Positions 39,420 through 52,879 are shown, counted from the stretch's first letter. The stretch: 64,000 bases of DNA from Octopus sinensis (GCF_006345805.1 NC_043006.1:104594001-104658000); one strand, 5' to 3'. Notes: a model not told the origin generated them from the letters alone. Program-made: numbers and translations.

Positions 39420-40690
39420 TGCAAACATATCTATCTCTATATGTAGGTATATGTGTATAAATCCGTCTATAAGCCTGTCTATCTGTCGGTCAGTCTGCCT
39501 GTATATATGTATGTATAACGCGTATCGCTTTTATTCATAGGAAACCGCAAAACAATATTTATGTACAGGTTTGGTGATTTTAAGGGAAAGTGTTTAGACA
39601 ATATCATCGACCCCATTTCTTTTCTGTTATTTTATCTGATCCACTCCTAAAGAATGTCCGGTAAAGCAAGATTTGGACGCAGAGCAGAAACAACACGAAG
39701 AATTAATTTTACCTGATGCTCTAGCAATTTTGGAAACTACCACTGCCCAGAAGTTCTCTTGTATTAATTTTTGAAACCTGTGTACAAAGCCAGTCATCTG
39801 AAGGGGAGAATGTTAAACAATTACATCGACCCCAGCATTTGACCGGTACTTCATTTTACCGGCTCCAAAAATACGAAAAGCTAACTTGACGCCCGCCAGA
39901 TTTCAGCTCAAAACGTAAAGTGCCGGAAGAAATGTTGCTTAGTATTTAACCGGACAGGCAACTGATTTTGCTAGTTTTTGTCACCTTCATGATGTCTGAT
40001 ATAAGTACAGGGCCTTGGTTTTCGGGCGCGGGGATAAGTTGATACCAATAACGTCAGTACTTTCGTGATATGTTATTTAATCGACCCGGGGACGAGTGCA
40101 TAAGGTAAAGTTGACTTTGGTTGGATTTTAATTCAGAGCGTAAAAGACCTTCGGAAATACTGCAGGCCATTCCGTCCGAAACTTTCACAATTTCGTCTAC
40201 TACCACTATCCACCTGTCGTCCCTTAATAATTCTTTTTATTATAGGTACAAAACCTTAAATTGTACCCCAGCCCTCAACTGGCACTTATTTTATAGAAAC
40301 CGAAAGATGAAAGATAAAGTCGACTTCTGCAAAATTTGAACTGAAATACGAACAAAATGCCACTAAGCATTTTGTCCGGCTTGCAAACGATTCTGCCAGC
40401 TCGATCGGCACAAAGCTATCAATTTCGGGAGAGGGAGTATATAAATTACATCGACACCACTGCTCATCTAGTACTTATTTTATCGAACCCGAAATAATGA
40501 AATACCAAATAGTGAAATGACAACTCGAAAGAATTTGAGCTCAAAAGGTTAAGACAGACGAAATGCCGCTATGCATTTGCCCGGCGGGCTGACGATTCTG
40601 CCAGCTCACCGTCTTATTCACGTTAGTTTCAAATTTAGGCAGAAGGCCAGCTAGTTGGAGGGTCAGCTAGTGTAAGTCAGTTGCATCCAC

Positions 40691-41137
40691 GGATCTTTTC
40701 GGTTTGAACGGCAGTTTTTTCTAGTAGTGTCATATGAAATGGCCACCGATAATTATGACCCTAGTATCGATCTATTGCATTTCAATCTATTTTAGGGTTA
40801 GGGTTAGTTAGGGTCAGGGTTAGGTTAGGGTTAGGGGTGGGTGAGGGTATCTTTTTTTTTTCTTTACAAACGTAAAAAAACCCAATCTGTTTCTTAATCG
40901 AGGAACATATTCATACGGCACAGAATGTTTTTTTACCTCAATGGACGTCAGTGATTGGTTGAAATTGCAGAAATTGAAGAAAAATAAACAACAAATATCT
41001 TACAAACTATAGAATTTTCTTAATAAAGCCAAGAGAAAAAGATGTTTTATAAACACATTCTACCAGTATACGAAGTTTTAAATTTTTTAGTTACCTAGAA
41101 ATTATGTTAAAAACTGCCGTTCAAACCGAAAAGATCC
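40691..41137. mobile_element. Merlin-like MITE copy (opposite orientation)
   Basis: Perfect 28-bp TIRs, TSD GCATCCAC/GCATCCAT, internal TTAGGG repeats at ~40792-40835. Confidence 0.92.
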
Positions 41138-41879
41138 GCATCCATCCCAGGGCTCAACTGATACTTATTTTATCGACCCCGAAAGGGAGGAAAGGCAAAG
41201 TTGACATCGATAGAATTTGAACTTAGGATGTAAAGGCGGAGGAAATGACGCTAAGCATTTTGCCCGACATGCTAACGATTGTGCTAGCTTATCGCCTTAA
41301 ATAACATTCCCCGTCACCCTCGCATCATTTTACCTACAGTAAGGGTGTGGTTTGGTAGAATTGTTTGATCGTCGAAGGAAATATTGTGTTGTATTTGAGC
41401 CGATTCTTGTTCTGCGCTCAAAATCCACAGAGGTCATCTTTGATTTTTTTTTTATCCCACTAGGGGTGATAAAATGGTGTATTACTCAAGAACAGTGGTC
41501 GATTTCGTCAACTCATTTGTCCCCACTGAATTTCCGACTATTGTGTCTGTGTTCGAAACAATTATTTCAATTTACAGAAACCGGATGAAAACGTGAGGCA
41601 AAGAACAAATAAAAATAAAGAGAATCGACTGTCTCTTACAAATGAATTTTTTAAAAATTACTAAAGAGTAGTAAATTATATGTTAACAGCACTTATAAAG
41701 GATGATAATAAATAATTAAATGAATACATAAATACTTATTTCAGACAGTGATTGAATTAAAGAGCGAGAGAAATATATATATATATATATTATATATATA
41801 TATATATAATAGTATTAGGGAGTATATTATTAGTGTGCGTGTGTATTTAGATATATATAATATATATATATATATATAT

Positions 41880-41914
<35 letters not shown>

Positions 41915-42350
41915 CACACGCACACATACACATATATATATATATATATGCACATATATGTGTGATTATATGTGCGTGTCTGTGAGTGTATATATGTGTA
42001 TGCGTATTAGGTATATATAAAATATAAACAAAATATGGCGCACAAAATTGTCGTGCTTTTTTTTTTCCGTTTATTTTTTTCGTTATAAAATATAATTTCG
42101 AAGTCAATTAAGGAAGCATTGTCAAAGAGTAAGACCGTAACTAATTATACTGATAGGACAATCCAAACGGAAAAATTCAAATCAAATGGGAGTAATTGCC
42201 CAGCAAAGATTTTTTTTTTTATCTTTATAGAAAACCATAAATTAGTTGAGTGACGGACAAGATATTGCCACGTCTCTGTTCATTCGGGTTTCGAATCCCA
42301 TCCAGGTCAATTTTTACTTTTTATATCGTATGGTCAATAAAATAAATACC

Positions 42351-42573
42351 TATTTCTTTACTACCCACAAGGGGCTAAACATAGAGAAGACAAACAAGGA
42401 CAGACAAACAGATTAAATCGATTATATCGACCCCAGTGCGTAACTGGTACTTATTTAATAGACCCCGAAATGATGAAAGGCAAACTCGACCTCGGCGGAA
42501 TTTGAACTCAGAACGCAGCGGCAGACGAAATACTGCTAAGCATTCCGTCCAGCGTGCTAACGATTCTGCCAGC
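42351..42573 (-). mobile_element. SINE family S2 copy
   Basis: Reverse complement of 38242-38472. Confidence 0.85.
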
Positions 42574-42942
42574 ACAATAAAATAATACCAAGTGAAGTAT
42601 CTGAACCACACACACACACATGTGTTTGTGGGTGTGTGCGTGCGTGTGTGCACGCTTATGTGTATTCAGTTGGTAGGATAATATATCTAAGCAGATACCG
42701 TTCACGCACTCAATTATAATCCATAGATATGGCTAATCACATCGAGTGGTAAGGAACAGCAGAGATTATTTATAGTAAGCAATCCCAGTATACTTCACGC
42801 AATGGGGAAATCCTGCATTTGCTTCTCTGGATTACAAATAGTTTACCGAGTGTATATCCAAGAAAGTAACTATGACTACGGAGATTAATAAATCTGCTCA
42901 TCTTTTATTTCTACAATCATTCATACAACATATTTAAATCAG

Positions 42943-43345
42943 GGATCCTTTCGGTTTGAACGGCAGTTTTTAACATAATTTCTAGGTGACTAAAAAATTT
43001 TAAACTTCGTATACTGGTAGAATGTGTTTATAAAACATCTTTTTCTCTTGGCTTTATTGAGAAAGATATTTGTTGTTTTTTTTCTTCAATTTCTGTAATT
43101 TCAACCAATCGCTGATGTCTATTGAGGTAAAAAAAAACATTCTGTGCCGTATGAATATGTCCCTCGTTGAAGAAACAGATTGGGTTTATTTACATTTGTG
43201 AAGAAAAAAAGATACTCTTCCTCCACCCCTAACCCTAACCCTAAAATAGATTGAAATGCAATATATCGAGACTAGGGTCGTAATTATGGGTTACAATTTC
43301 ATATGACACCGCTAGAAAAAACTGCCGTTAAAACCGAAAAGATCC
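42943..43345. mobile_element. Merlin-like MITE copy
   Basis: Same TIRs and TAACCC core; TSD decayed (TAAATCAG / TAGATATG). Confidence 0.88.
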
Positions 43346-44510
43346 TAGATATGTCTGACGCACGTTTCTGCTGCATAGACATGACGCAATTGCATTTGCA
43401 TCCAGTTTCACACATCTGGTTTGTAGTCTATGGATCTTTACTCAAGGTTAGACTACTGTCGTGGTTTGAAATGAACTAAGAGTATGTTTGTGTAGTTTTG
43501 ATATTTGATCGAGAACTACAGTTTTTGAATGCAAAGAATGCGAGAGGAAACATTTGGAAAACTGATACGGCGATAAAACAGTTATCCTATTGACCTTATA
43601 ATGACCCTAGGTTTGAATTCCCCATGATGAACATTAGATCCTAAATTAGGTTAGTGTATATCTGAACCATTAGCCTCAGTTGAATTAGAAATTAATGAGT
43701 TTCAGAGATATATGTGTAAAATTAGGAGTCACTAAGTCAGATATAATTTACAAACATGAGATATGTAAAACTTCCTTGTAAGGCCAATTCTAATCTTTAT
43801 ATGCATCAAATTTCAATTTGCGTCTAGATTTCGCTGTCCTATATCTGTAGGTTGCTATTTTATATTTGCAGTTTTATATATGGAGAATACTAATTACTAC
43901 TATCATAGGCAAACTAGATATTACATTGATATTTCCATAAAAAGGTATATATAAATACACACACTCACACACACACATATATATATATATACACACACAC
44001 ACAGCACGGAATTTTGTCAGTGAACAGGTCGTGGTTTCGAAGTGACGAAAATATATCAACAAATTATATTTAGATGTTGAAGTGGATCTAACGGTCTTTG
44101 TTTTTAAATGGCTTAGAAACACCTTTCATGCTGCAATTGTTTTAGTTTCAGCACACGTTCTCAGATCATCAAGTACATCTCCACAATATATATATATATA
44201 TATATTATTATATATAGTTATCCGTAATAATGAATGGTGAAATTAATTAATTTGGAATAATTATCAATTACACCAAGTAGTCTTCGGCATGTAAAAGCCT
44301 CATTCGAGGGAAAATTAAAGTAATACTAAGCAATAAGGGTTTAGCAACGAATTGCCTTACCACATACCGAATTTAGAAATAGCAGTCAAGGGTTATAGCT
44401 ATTTCTTCTACTAAAAAGGGAGATCTCAGTAAAAACAGCAATTGGAAGGCTGACACAAACAGGTAAGAGAGAATGAATTAACTGCAATCTATCAAACATT
44501 TTTAAAGTTA

Positions 44511-44616
44511 TCTACGGACGTACGTTTCGAAATCAAGTTTTAAGGAAAGCATAAGAATTAAATATTAAATATTAAATAATTCTATCTACCGAAACTTCTT
44601 TTCTCTTCAGCGTAGA
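44511..44616 (-). ncRNA. Type I hammerhead ribozyme (intact copy)
   Basis: UCUACG-CUGAAGA-[GAAA.AAGUUU...AAACUU..UUUC]-GAA-ACGUACGU-C/CGUAGA. Perfect 6-bp helix I, canonical core, GUC site. Confidence 0.92.
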
Positions 44617-44748
44617 ATACTATAATCATAAATGATTATATATTGAATTTTGAGATACTAGGAGGCACCAACTCAACTCAGTATCAGAGCGAGCTAGAAT
44701 CCGCAACTAGTATCACCGAATTCAAATTTGTGAATGATTATAGTATAT

Positions 44749-44852
44749 TCTACGCTGAGAGAAGAAGTTTCGGTAAGATAGAATTATTTAATATTTAATA
44801 TTTAATTCTTATGCTTTCCTTAAAACTTGATTTCGAAACGTACGTCCGTAGA
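44749..44852 (+). ncRNA. Type I hammerhead, array copy 1 (1-nt deletion in CUGAAGA)
   Basis: TCTACG-CTGAGAGA...TTTC-GAAACGTACGTC-CGTAGA. Confidence 0.7.
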
Positions 44853-45338
44853 TAACTTTAAAAATGTTTGATAGATTGCAGTTAATTCATTCCTTACCTG
44901 TTTGTGTCAGCCTTCCAATTGCTGTTTTTACTGAGATCTCCTTTTTAGTAGAAGAAATAGCTATAACCCTTTGATTGCTATTTCTAAATTCGGTATGTGT
45001 AAGGCAATTCGTTGCTAACCCTATTGCTTAGTATTACTTAAATTTCCCTCGAATGAGGCTTTTACATGCCGAAGACTACTTGGTGTAATTGATATTATTC
45101 CAAATTAATTAATTTCACCCTTCATTATTACGGATAACCATATTTTATCTCAGTAGATGACCACAGCATCTTGTTTTGGCTACACGCGGGTGGGAAGGGG
45201 CTGTTGACACAATCGTTTCATTCACAAATTTGAATTCGGTGATACTAGTTGCGGATTCTAGCTCGCTCTGATACTGAGTTGAGTTGGTGCCTCCTAGTAT
45301 CTCAAAATTCAATATATAATCATTTATGATTATAGTAT

Positions 45339-45441
45339 TACGCTGAAGAGAAAGAAGTTTCGGTAAGATAGAATTATTAATATTTAATATTTAATTCTAT
45401 GCTTTCCTTAAAACTTGATTTCGAAACGTACGCTCCGTAGA
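45339..45441 (+). ncRNA. Type I hammerhead, array copy 2
   Basis: TACG-CTGAAGA-GAAA...TTTC-GAAACGTACG(C)TC-CGTAGA; small indels in helices I and III. Confidence 0.72.
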
Positions 45442-45932
45442 TAACTTTAAAAATGTTTGATAGATTGCAGTTAATTCATTCTCTCTTACCTGTTTGTGTC
45501 AGCCTTCCAATTGCTTGTTTTACTGAGATCTCCCTTTTTAGTAGAAGAAATAGCTATAACCCTTTGACTGCTATTTCTAATTCGGTATGTGGTAAGGCAA
45601 TTGTTGACTAAACCCTTATTGCTTAGTATTACTTAAATTCCCTCGAATCGATGAGGCTTTTACATGCCGAAGACTACTGGTGTAATTGATAATTATTCCA
45701 AATTAATTAATTTCACCCTTCATTATTACGGATAACCATATTTTATCTCAGTAGATGACCACAGCATCTTGTTTTGGCTACACGCGGGTGGGAAGGGTGT
45801 TGACACAATCGTTTCATTCACAAATTTGAATTCGGTGATACTAGTTGCGGATTCTAGCTCGCTCTGATACTGAGTGAGTTGGTGCCTCCTAGTATCTCAA
45901 AATTCAATATATAATCATTATGATTATAGTAT

Positions 45933-46039
45933 TCTACGCTGAAGAAAAGAAGAGTTTCGGTAAGATAGAATTATTTAATATTTAATATTTAATTCTTATG
46001 CTTTCCTTAAAACTTGATTTCGGAACGTACGTCCGTAGA
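45933..46039 (+). ncRNA. Type I hammerhead, array copy 3 (GAAA to GGAA)
   Basis: TCTACG-CTGAAGA...TTTC-GGAACGTACGTC-CGTAGA. Confidence 0.7.
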
Positions 46040-46278
46040 TAACTTTAAAAATGTTTGATAGATTGCAGTTAATTCATTCTCTCTTACCTGTTTGTGTCAG
46101 CCTTCCAATTGCTGTTTTTACTGAGATCTCCCTTTTTAGTAGAAGAAATAGCTATAACCCTTTGACTGCTATTTCTAATTCGGTATGTGGTAAGGCAATT
46201 CGTTGCTAACCCTTATTGCTTAGTATATATATATATATAATATATAAAAATACACATATACATATACATACATATATC

Positions 46279-46313
<35 letters not shown>

Positions 46314-46464
46314 TATAAGTAGCTGAATGTATTATCCTAGTATGGATAATTCGGTTAACCGATACCCGGGTAGCAAATTTACGTCAGAAAGCACGGTTCA
46401 AGCTACATGCCAAGGCAGAAATCACGTGCTTTCGTGTGGAAATTTGAGTGTTTTTTTACTATAG

Positions 46465-46524
46465 ATAAATGAAAGAATGGAGTCGAACGACGATTTAAGT
46501 CGTCGTTCGACTCCATTCTTTCAT

Positions 46525-46528
<4 letters not shown>
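46465..46528. repeat. 64-bp near-perfect palindrome
   Basis: 29-bp perfect arms ATAAATGAAAGAATGGAGTCGAACGACGA and its reverse complement flank TTTAAG. Confidence 0.95.
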
Positions 46529-46585
<57 letters not shown>

Positions 46586-46593
46586 ATACATAC

Positions 46594-47014
46594 GACTGTG
46601 TGGTAAGAAGCTTGCTTTCCAACCACATGGTTCCGGATTTAATCCTATTATTGTGACACCTTGGGAAATTTTTTTCTGCTACAGCCTGGGCCCGACCAAA
46701 ACCTTGTGAGTGGATTTCGTAGAAGGAAACTGAAAGAAGCTCGTCATATACATATGTATCTGTGTGTCTGTGTGTCTGTGTGTCTGTGTGTCTGTGTGTG
46801 TGTGTGTCTGTGTGTCTGTGTTTGTTCCCCCATCTCTGCTTCATAATCGGTGTTACCGTGTTTAGATCCCCATAACTAGTGTGTCGGCAAAAGAAGCCCA
46901 TAGAATAAGTGCTACACTTCAGCAAAATAATCCCTGGGGTCAATTTGTTCGACTAAAATCTCCTAGTGGCGGTGGCCAAGCATGGCCTTAGTCAAACGAC
47001 TGAAACAAGTAAAA
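46594..47014 (+). mobile_element. SINE family S1 copy with (TGTGTGTC)n core
   Basis: Match to the S1 consensus. Confidence 0.82.
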
Positions 47015-47136
47015 AAACAATGAACAAAAACAGAAAGATACACGCACACACCCACACCATCACACTCATACGTACATGCAGACATACATATATACATACG
47101 TATACCTACATATATATATGTGTGTATGTATGTATG

Positions 47137-47229
<93 letters not shown>

Positions 47230-47232
<3 letters not shown>

Positions 47233-47390
47233 GGAGGGTTACGAAACAAACAAAAGACGAAGACGGGTGGTGTAGAAAACAAACAGGAATAGAAAAAGTC
47301 TTTTACGTTTTGAGCCTACGCTCTTCTACAGAAAGGGACACAGAAAAAACAAGGAGAGAAACAAGGAGAAAAAATGGAGTATACACATCT
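47230..47390 (-). mobile_element. Family A HHR-like element
   Basis: Minus strand: TTT-CTGTAGA-A-GAGC-GTAG-GCTC-AAAACGTAAAAGAC; tail ends at (TA)n. Confidence 0.75.
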
Positions 47391-48018
47391 GTAGTGCCAA
47401 ATTTAAAACATGAAGAGGAGGTAAAAGTATAAACTCGGACTTAGTATTAATTTGACGTTCAGGAAATAGGTAAAGAGAAGGATACGTTTTTTACGTTTCA
47501 AGTATTCACTTTTTTCCGAAATAAAGGACAAAGAGAGAAAAGAGAAATAGATAAGGGAAATGGAATAGAAACGCACTTGTATGCAACTATTATGGTAATA
47601 CACGCAAACACACACACACATTTATATTTGCGAATGGATGGCTATTCTAAGAGATACCATTGAATATTATTCAAGCAACATTATAATATATCGACATAAT
47701 AAGTACCATGACGATATTTTTTCTGAAACTGTTAAGCCTGTGTGCAATGTCTTTTGCAGAATGTTGGCGCAATCTACATTTTCTTCACATTTTGTTGGAT
47801 GTGACAACATTCTGATTCTCTTTATTCAACTAGTATTTAGCAGTAATTTCATGCTCTAGGACCGAAATCTCATAACTTGCAGAATGTCGTGTGATTAAGC
47901 ATCACAGTTCCTCTTCAAAGCCTCACATGCTTCGACGCTCAACAATTGGTAACCTTCTATGAAGCTCAAATAGACCCACTGCAGTATATAGCTTCCACTT
48001 CTGGAACAGAGCTGCTGT

Positions 48019-48310
48019 GGAGGCACATGGCCTAGTGGTTAGAGCAGCGGACTCGCGGTCGAGGTATCGCGGGTTCGAATCTCAGACCGGGCGATGTGTG
48101 TGTTTATGAGCGAAACACCTAAGCTCCACACGGCTCCAGCAGAAGGTAATGGCGAAACTTCTGCTGACTCTTTCGCCACAACTTTCTCTTATTCCTGCAT
48201 CTTGCAGCTCACCTGCGACGGACCGGCGTCCCGTCCAGGTGGGAAATCTATACGCCAAGGAAACCGGAAAACCGGCCCTCATGAGCCAGGCATGTCTCCA
48301 GAAGGAACAA
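48019..48310 (+). mobile_element. tRNA-derived SINE family S3
   Basis: GGAGGCACATGGCCTAGTGG (A box)...GGGTTCGAATCTC (B box), followed by a non-tRNA body. Confidence 0.82.
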
Positions 48311-49507
48311 ACAACAGAGCTGCTAGATACGGACATATTGGACAGCACGAAAGAAATGTTGTTCGAATGAATAGCGTTAGTCTCCATAAATCATCAGTAT
48401 CTGTCTCACAGTTGTTGTGTCTGCACTCTACTCCTCACTCCACTTCTCTCCTCCCCACCTTCTCCCCCCCTCTGCTTATTCTGTCAATAGTACTCTAAAA
48501 TTTCTTCTTCGAAGAATGCTGACGTTGTACCACCTGCACTCACTCATTCCTGACTCGTTTTATCTTCTTCCGTCATTAATTAGAACGTCAGTCCTCTAAA
48601 TTCTTACCCGGAACAAATCTTTCTCGTAGTTACTGACGGACAAAGTGTTCGAGTGAATGACTAACGGTATCAATCAAGCGTTCAAACTCTCAGACCCGAT
48701 TAAAGACGAATAAAGAGAATGCCCGATTGTCTTCTCGCAGTATTGAGTGTTTTATTATAATGTCATACATACCAGTATATGAAATGGATCTTAATGAAAA
48801 TAGTAAAATAGCCATTGACATTTGTTCCATCATGATTCCGATCAACGTAACAGCTTGCTCGTGAAATTAATAGACTCGTGTAGCCTTAACGTATTATTCA
48901 GTGATTCTGTATAACATAAAATGTGACAAGGCCGGTCCTTTGAATTACGGATATTGCTACCTTTTGCCAGCTGAGTAAACTAGAACAACGTGAAATAAAG
49001 TGTCTTGCTCAAGGACACAACTCGGGTTTCGAACTCACCACCTTAGGATCGTGTGCCGAATACCCTAACCACTAAACCACTGACATTTACACAGAGCAAC
49101 AACAAACATTTTGTTGGCACTCCGTCGGTTGCGACGATGAGGGTTCCAGTTGATCCGTTCAACGGAACAGCCTGCTCGTGAAATTAACGTGCATGTGGCT
49201 GAGCATTCCACAGACACGTGTACCCTTAATGTAGATCTCGTGGGGAGATTCAGTGTGACACAGAGTGTGACAAAGCTGGCCCTTTGAAATACAAGTACAA
49301 TAGAAACAAGAAGATAGAGTGAGAGAAAGTTGTGGTGAAAGAGTACAGCAGGTTTCGCCACCATCCCCTGTTACGTTCTCTGGTGAAGTTACTGTTTTAA
49401 ACAAGACGATAATAATACAAATAATAGCAATGGAAGCAACTACGGCGAAATCGATGCTTCCAGAGGTTGTAATTTAACTGATATAATGTTTCTTTTATTC
49501 CTCCATG

Positions 49508-49579
<72 letters not shown>

Positions 49580-49639
49580 TGTATATATGTATATATATAT
49601 ATATATATATATAGATATATATATATATACACACATATA

Positions 49640-49699
<60 letters not shown>

Positions 49700-49989
49700 T
49701 ATATATGTATATGTATGCATGTATAAATGAAAAGAATTTACGTTAAAGAAATCATCAATCAATGAATGAACCAGACGCAGCTTTCTTTTTCTGAATAAGT
49801 TGTTAACTAAGACACTTGGCTATTCAAGTATTTGCAGACAGTGAGAAAATATAGAGAGATTACAAATACACGTGAATATACCAATATGCGGATGTTCAAG
49901 TGTCTCTACGCACAAGTACCTATATGTATGGATACTTTTGTATGGACAGGCATTTATGCATACACACACACACACACACACATACACAC

Positions 49990-50038
<49 letters not shown>

Positions 50039-50289
50039 ACATATATAAATATGTGCGTGTGTGTGTATAATACATACATCTTTGTAGTACAGCGGATAAT
50101 TAGTGCTATTGTTTTATTCTATAGTTAAATATCGATTAATTGTTTAGAAAAAAAATCGAATCTTCCCATTTGAGAGAAGTCTGTGAAAACAATGATTGTT
50201 CTTAATTGTTGGTGCTTTGTAATGACCTTAATCAGAAAATGCGTAGACTTTTGCAACCGACAGCAATTTATTTTTCAGTCTGCAAAAAT

Positions 50290-50362
50290 CATGATGTTGA
50301 TGCTGATGACGAGGACGAAGAAGAGGAAGAAGAAGAGAAAGAAGAAGAAGAAGAAGGTGATA

Positions 50363-50404
<42 letters not shown>

Positions 50405-50687
50405 GTAATGATGATGTTACTGGTCATAGTGATGATGATGATGATAATGATTATGGTAATGATGGTTAATGATGATGAGGATGGTGTTGATGGTGATAAT
50501 AGTAGTAGTCGTAATAACAATACAAAAAGCAAATTCAAAGTTAATAACGACAATGAGAATATTGAGAATAGAAAAAAATTAGAGAAATATTGATAAGGAT
50601 GATAGTAATGGCTACTTATTAGCATTCGTAATAATGATAATAATGATGATGATGATGATGATAATAATAATAATGATTATAATGATG

Positions 50688-50734
<47 letters not shown>

Positions 50735-50758
50735 GTAATAATAATAATAACAATAATG

Positions 50759-50808
<50 letters not shown>

Positions 50809-50881
50809 TAATAATAATAATAATATAACAATAATGATAATAATAATGATAATAATAATAATAATGATAATAATAATAATA

Positions 50882-50939
<58 letters not shown>

Positions 50940-50961
50940 TAATAATAATAATAATAATAAA
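50290..50961. repeat. Compound (GAA)(GAT)(AAT)n microsatellite region
   Basis: Direct reading. Confidence 0.9.
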
Positions 50962-51703
50962 AAGGTCACAGAAAACGAGAAAGCAACCATACTCTGGGAT
51001 TTGCCGATACACACAGATAGAGAAATTAAGTCCAAAAGACCAGATATAGTTGTCAGAGGTCATGAAGAAAAAAAATGTTTTCTAATTGATGTATCAATAC
51101 CTATTTCTTTATTACCCACAAGGGGCTGAACATAGAGGGGACAAACATGGACAGACATGGGTATTAAGTCGATTCTATCGACCCCAGTGCTTAACTGGTA
51201 CTTAATTTATCGACCCCGAAAGGATGAAAGGCAAAGTCGACCTCGGCGGAATTTGAACTTACAACGTAACGGCAGACGAAATACCGCTAAGCATTTCGCC
51301 CGACGTGCTAACGATTCTGCTAGCTTGCCGCCTTATTGATGTATCAATACCGGCAGATGACAACGTATCTCTAAAATAAATGGAGAAACTTTCAAAATAC
51401 AAAGACCTGGAAATAGAGGTAACCAGAATTTGGAATCTAAAAACATAAACAATTCCTCTCATACTAGGTGCATTAGGCATGATAAAAAATTATTCAGACA
51501 AATACATAACAAAAACACCAGGACTTATAAACACATATAACATACAGAAAATTGCACTACTAGGCACTGCACACATTCTACGCAGAACACTTTCCATACA
51601 ATAACCATCAGAGCATCACAACAAATCACAGCACATACCCAAGGCACACAGAGCTGCGCTCGGTAGTGAAGTGGCAGCACGATATAAAAATAAAACTACT
51701 GAA
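50962..51703 (+). mobile_element. R4/Dong-like non-LTR retrotransposon 3' fragment (restriction-like endonuclease), interrupted by a SINE
   Basis: KVTENEKATILWDLPIHTDREIKSKRPDIVV...LIDVSIP|ADDN...EKLSKYKDLEIEV.RIW...ILGALG...QKIALLGTAHILRRTL (PD..D..P..K..KY motif). Flanked by (AAT)n on both sides. Confidence 0.88.
51102..51334 (-). mobile_element. SINE family S2 with 17-bp TSD
   Basis: TSD ATTGATGTATCAATACC at 51085-51101 and 51335-51351. Confidence 0.93.
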
Positions 51704-51735
51704 TGATGATAATAATAATAATAATAATAATAATA

Positions 51736-51774
<39 letters not shown>

Positions 51775-52879
51775 TAATAATAATAATAATAAATATGACG
51801 GTGATGATGGTGATATTGTGGTAGTGATGGTGATGATGATGATGATGATGATAAATTCTCACGTTGTGGGAGACGATGTCAAATCATAGGAAAGTAGTGT
51901 TGCCAATTGATCAATAACGATATCGGTGCATTTCTGATATTATTATTTTTCCAGGCTTCGATATTAGAAACGTTAAATGAAATCCAGACGTATTCGAATT
52001 TTGAATACAAATGTGTGAAAGCATATCACGGCAAGAGATTTAATTTACTCACTCTAGATATAATAACAAGTGTTTCATACAGTGGCACAATTCTTTTTTG
52101 ATGGAGGGGAGCTTTATTTTCTAATCTGCTTTATCTATCCAAATTTAAATTGGAAATTTTATTGCTATTTAGAGCAGGGGTCAAATCTTCATCGGAAAAG
52201 CTCAGCTCTTCTAACAAATATGCCACATATAAGAAATGAAAACCATATCATTCGACCCAGTGTTAAAAGGGAAACATGAAATTTGGATTCGTGTATAAAT
52301 CATACGAGAAGTGAAGAACTGTGTATTCTCAGATACCTACAACCTGATACCTGACAATAATTAAGATAAATGGAATAAACATTTGGACTTTAGAAAATGC
52401 ATAAATAGATAATACATGAATACTCTTCTATATTCCTGCATATTTTAAAGCGATAAGGCAAAGTAATACAATATACGTGTATCTTATCAGAAGTGAGCAA
52501 GTGCACTTAATTCTGATCTCGAATAAAAATTTCGTCCCTAAATCCCTGCTAATCTACAAAGATATATTCTCGAGACCAAAAGAATATCATATGTGGAAAG
52601 TGAACAAATAAAAGATAACAGCAAGAAATTACAAAGAATAAACACTGAAAATTCTGGAGGTGATGACAAAAATAAGTTGACCATTTTCACGACATAGTGT
52701 ATGCTCAACAAGCGAGATAAGAACAGGAAGCAGCAATGGAATATTATTTCATGATTGAAATAATTAAACAATTAAAATTCATGAATTATGTTACTGTCAG
52801 TCAACGAAAGACACCAAATAGAATAACTGTCCTATAAGATAGCAACAAAAGATTAAAAAACCATTGCAATTCTAGTATC

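Larger units (their letters stand above)
44217..46226. mobile_element. Hammerhead-containing ~595-bp repeat: one inverted copy (44217-44736) plus ~2.5 tandem copies (44734-46226); retrozyme-like / non-autonomous PLE
   Basis: Near-identical units, four HHR motifs, no ORF of 60 aa or more in the track, (TA)n on both flanks. Confidence 0.92.

Noticed and set aside
44737-46226. Regularly spaced repeats suggestive of a CRISPR array or satellite
   Set aside because: Whole ~595-bp units repeat with no unique spacers, and the context is eukaryotic; better explained as an HHR retroelement array.
48019-48090. tRNA-like sequence with A and B boxes (also 9560-9625, 12007, 38242)
   Set aside because: Continues into multi-copy SINE bodies and has no convincing acceptor stem; these are SINE heads, not tRNA genes.
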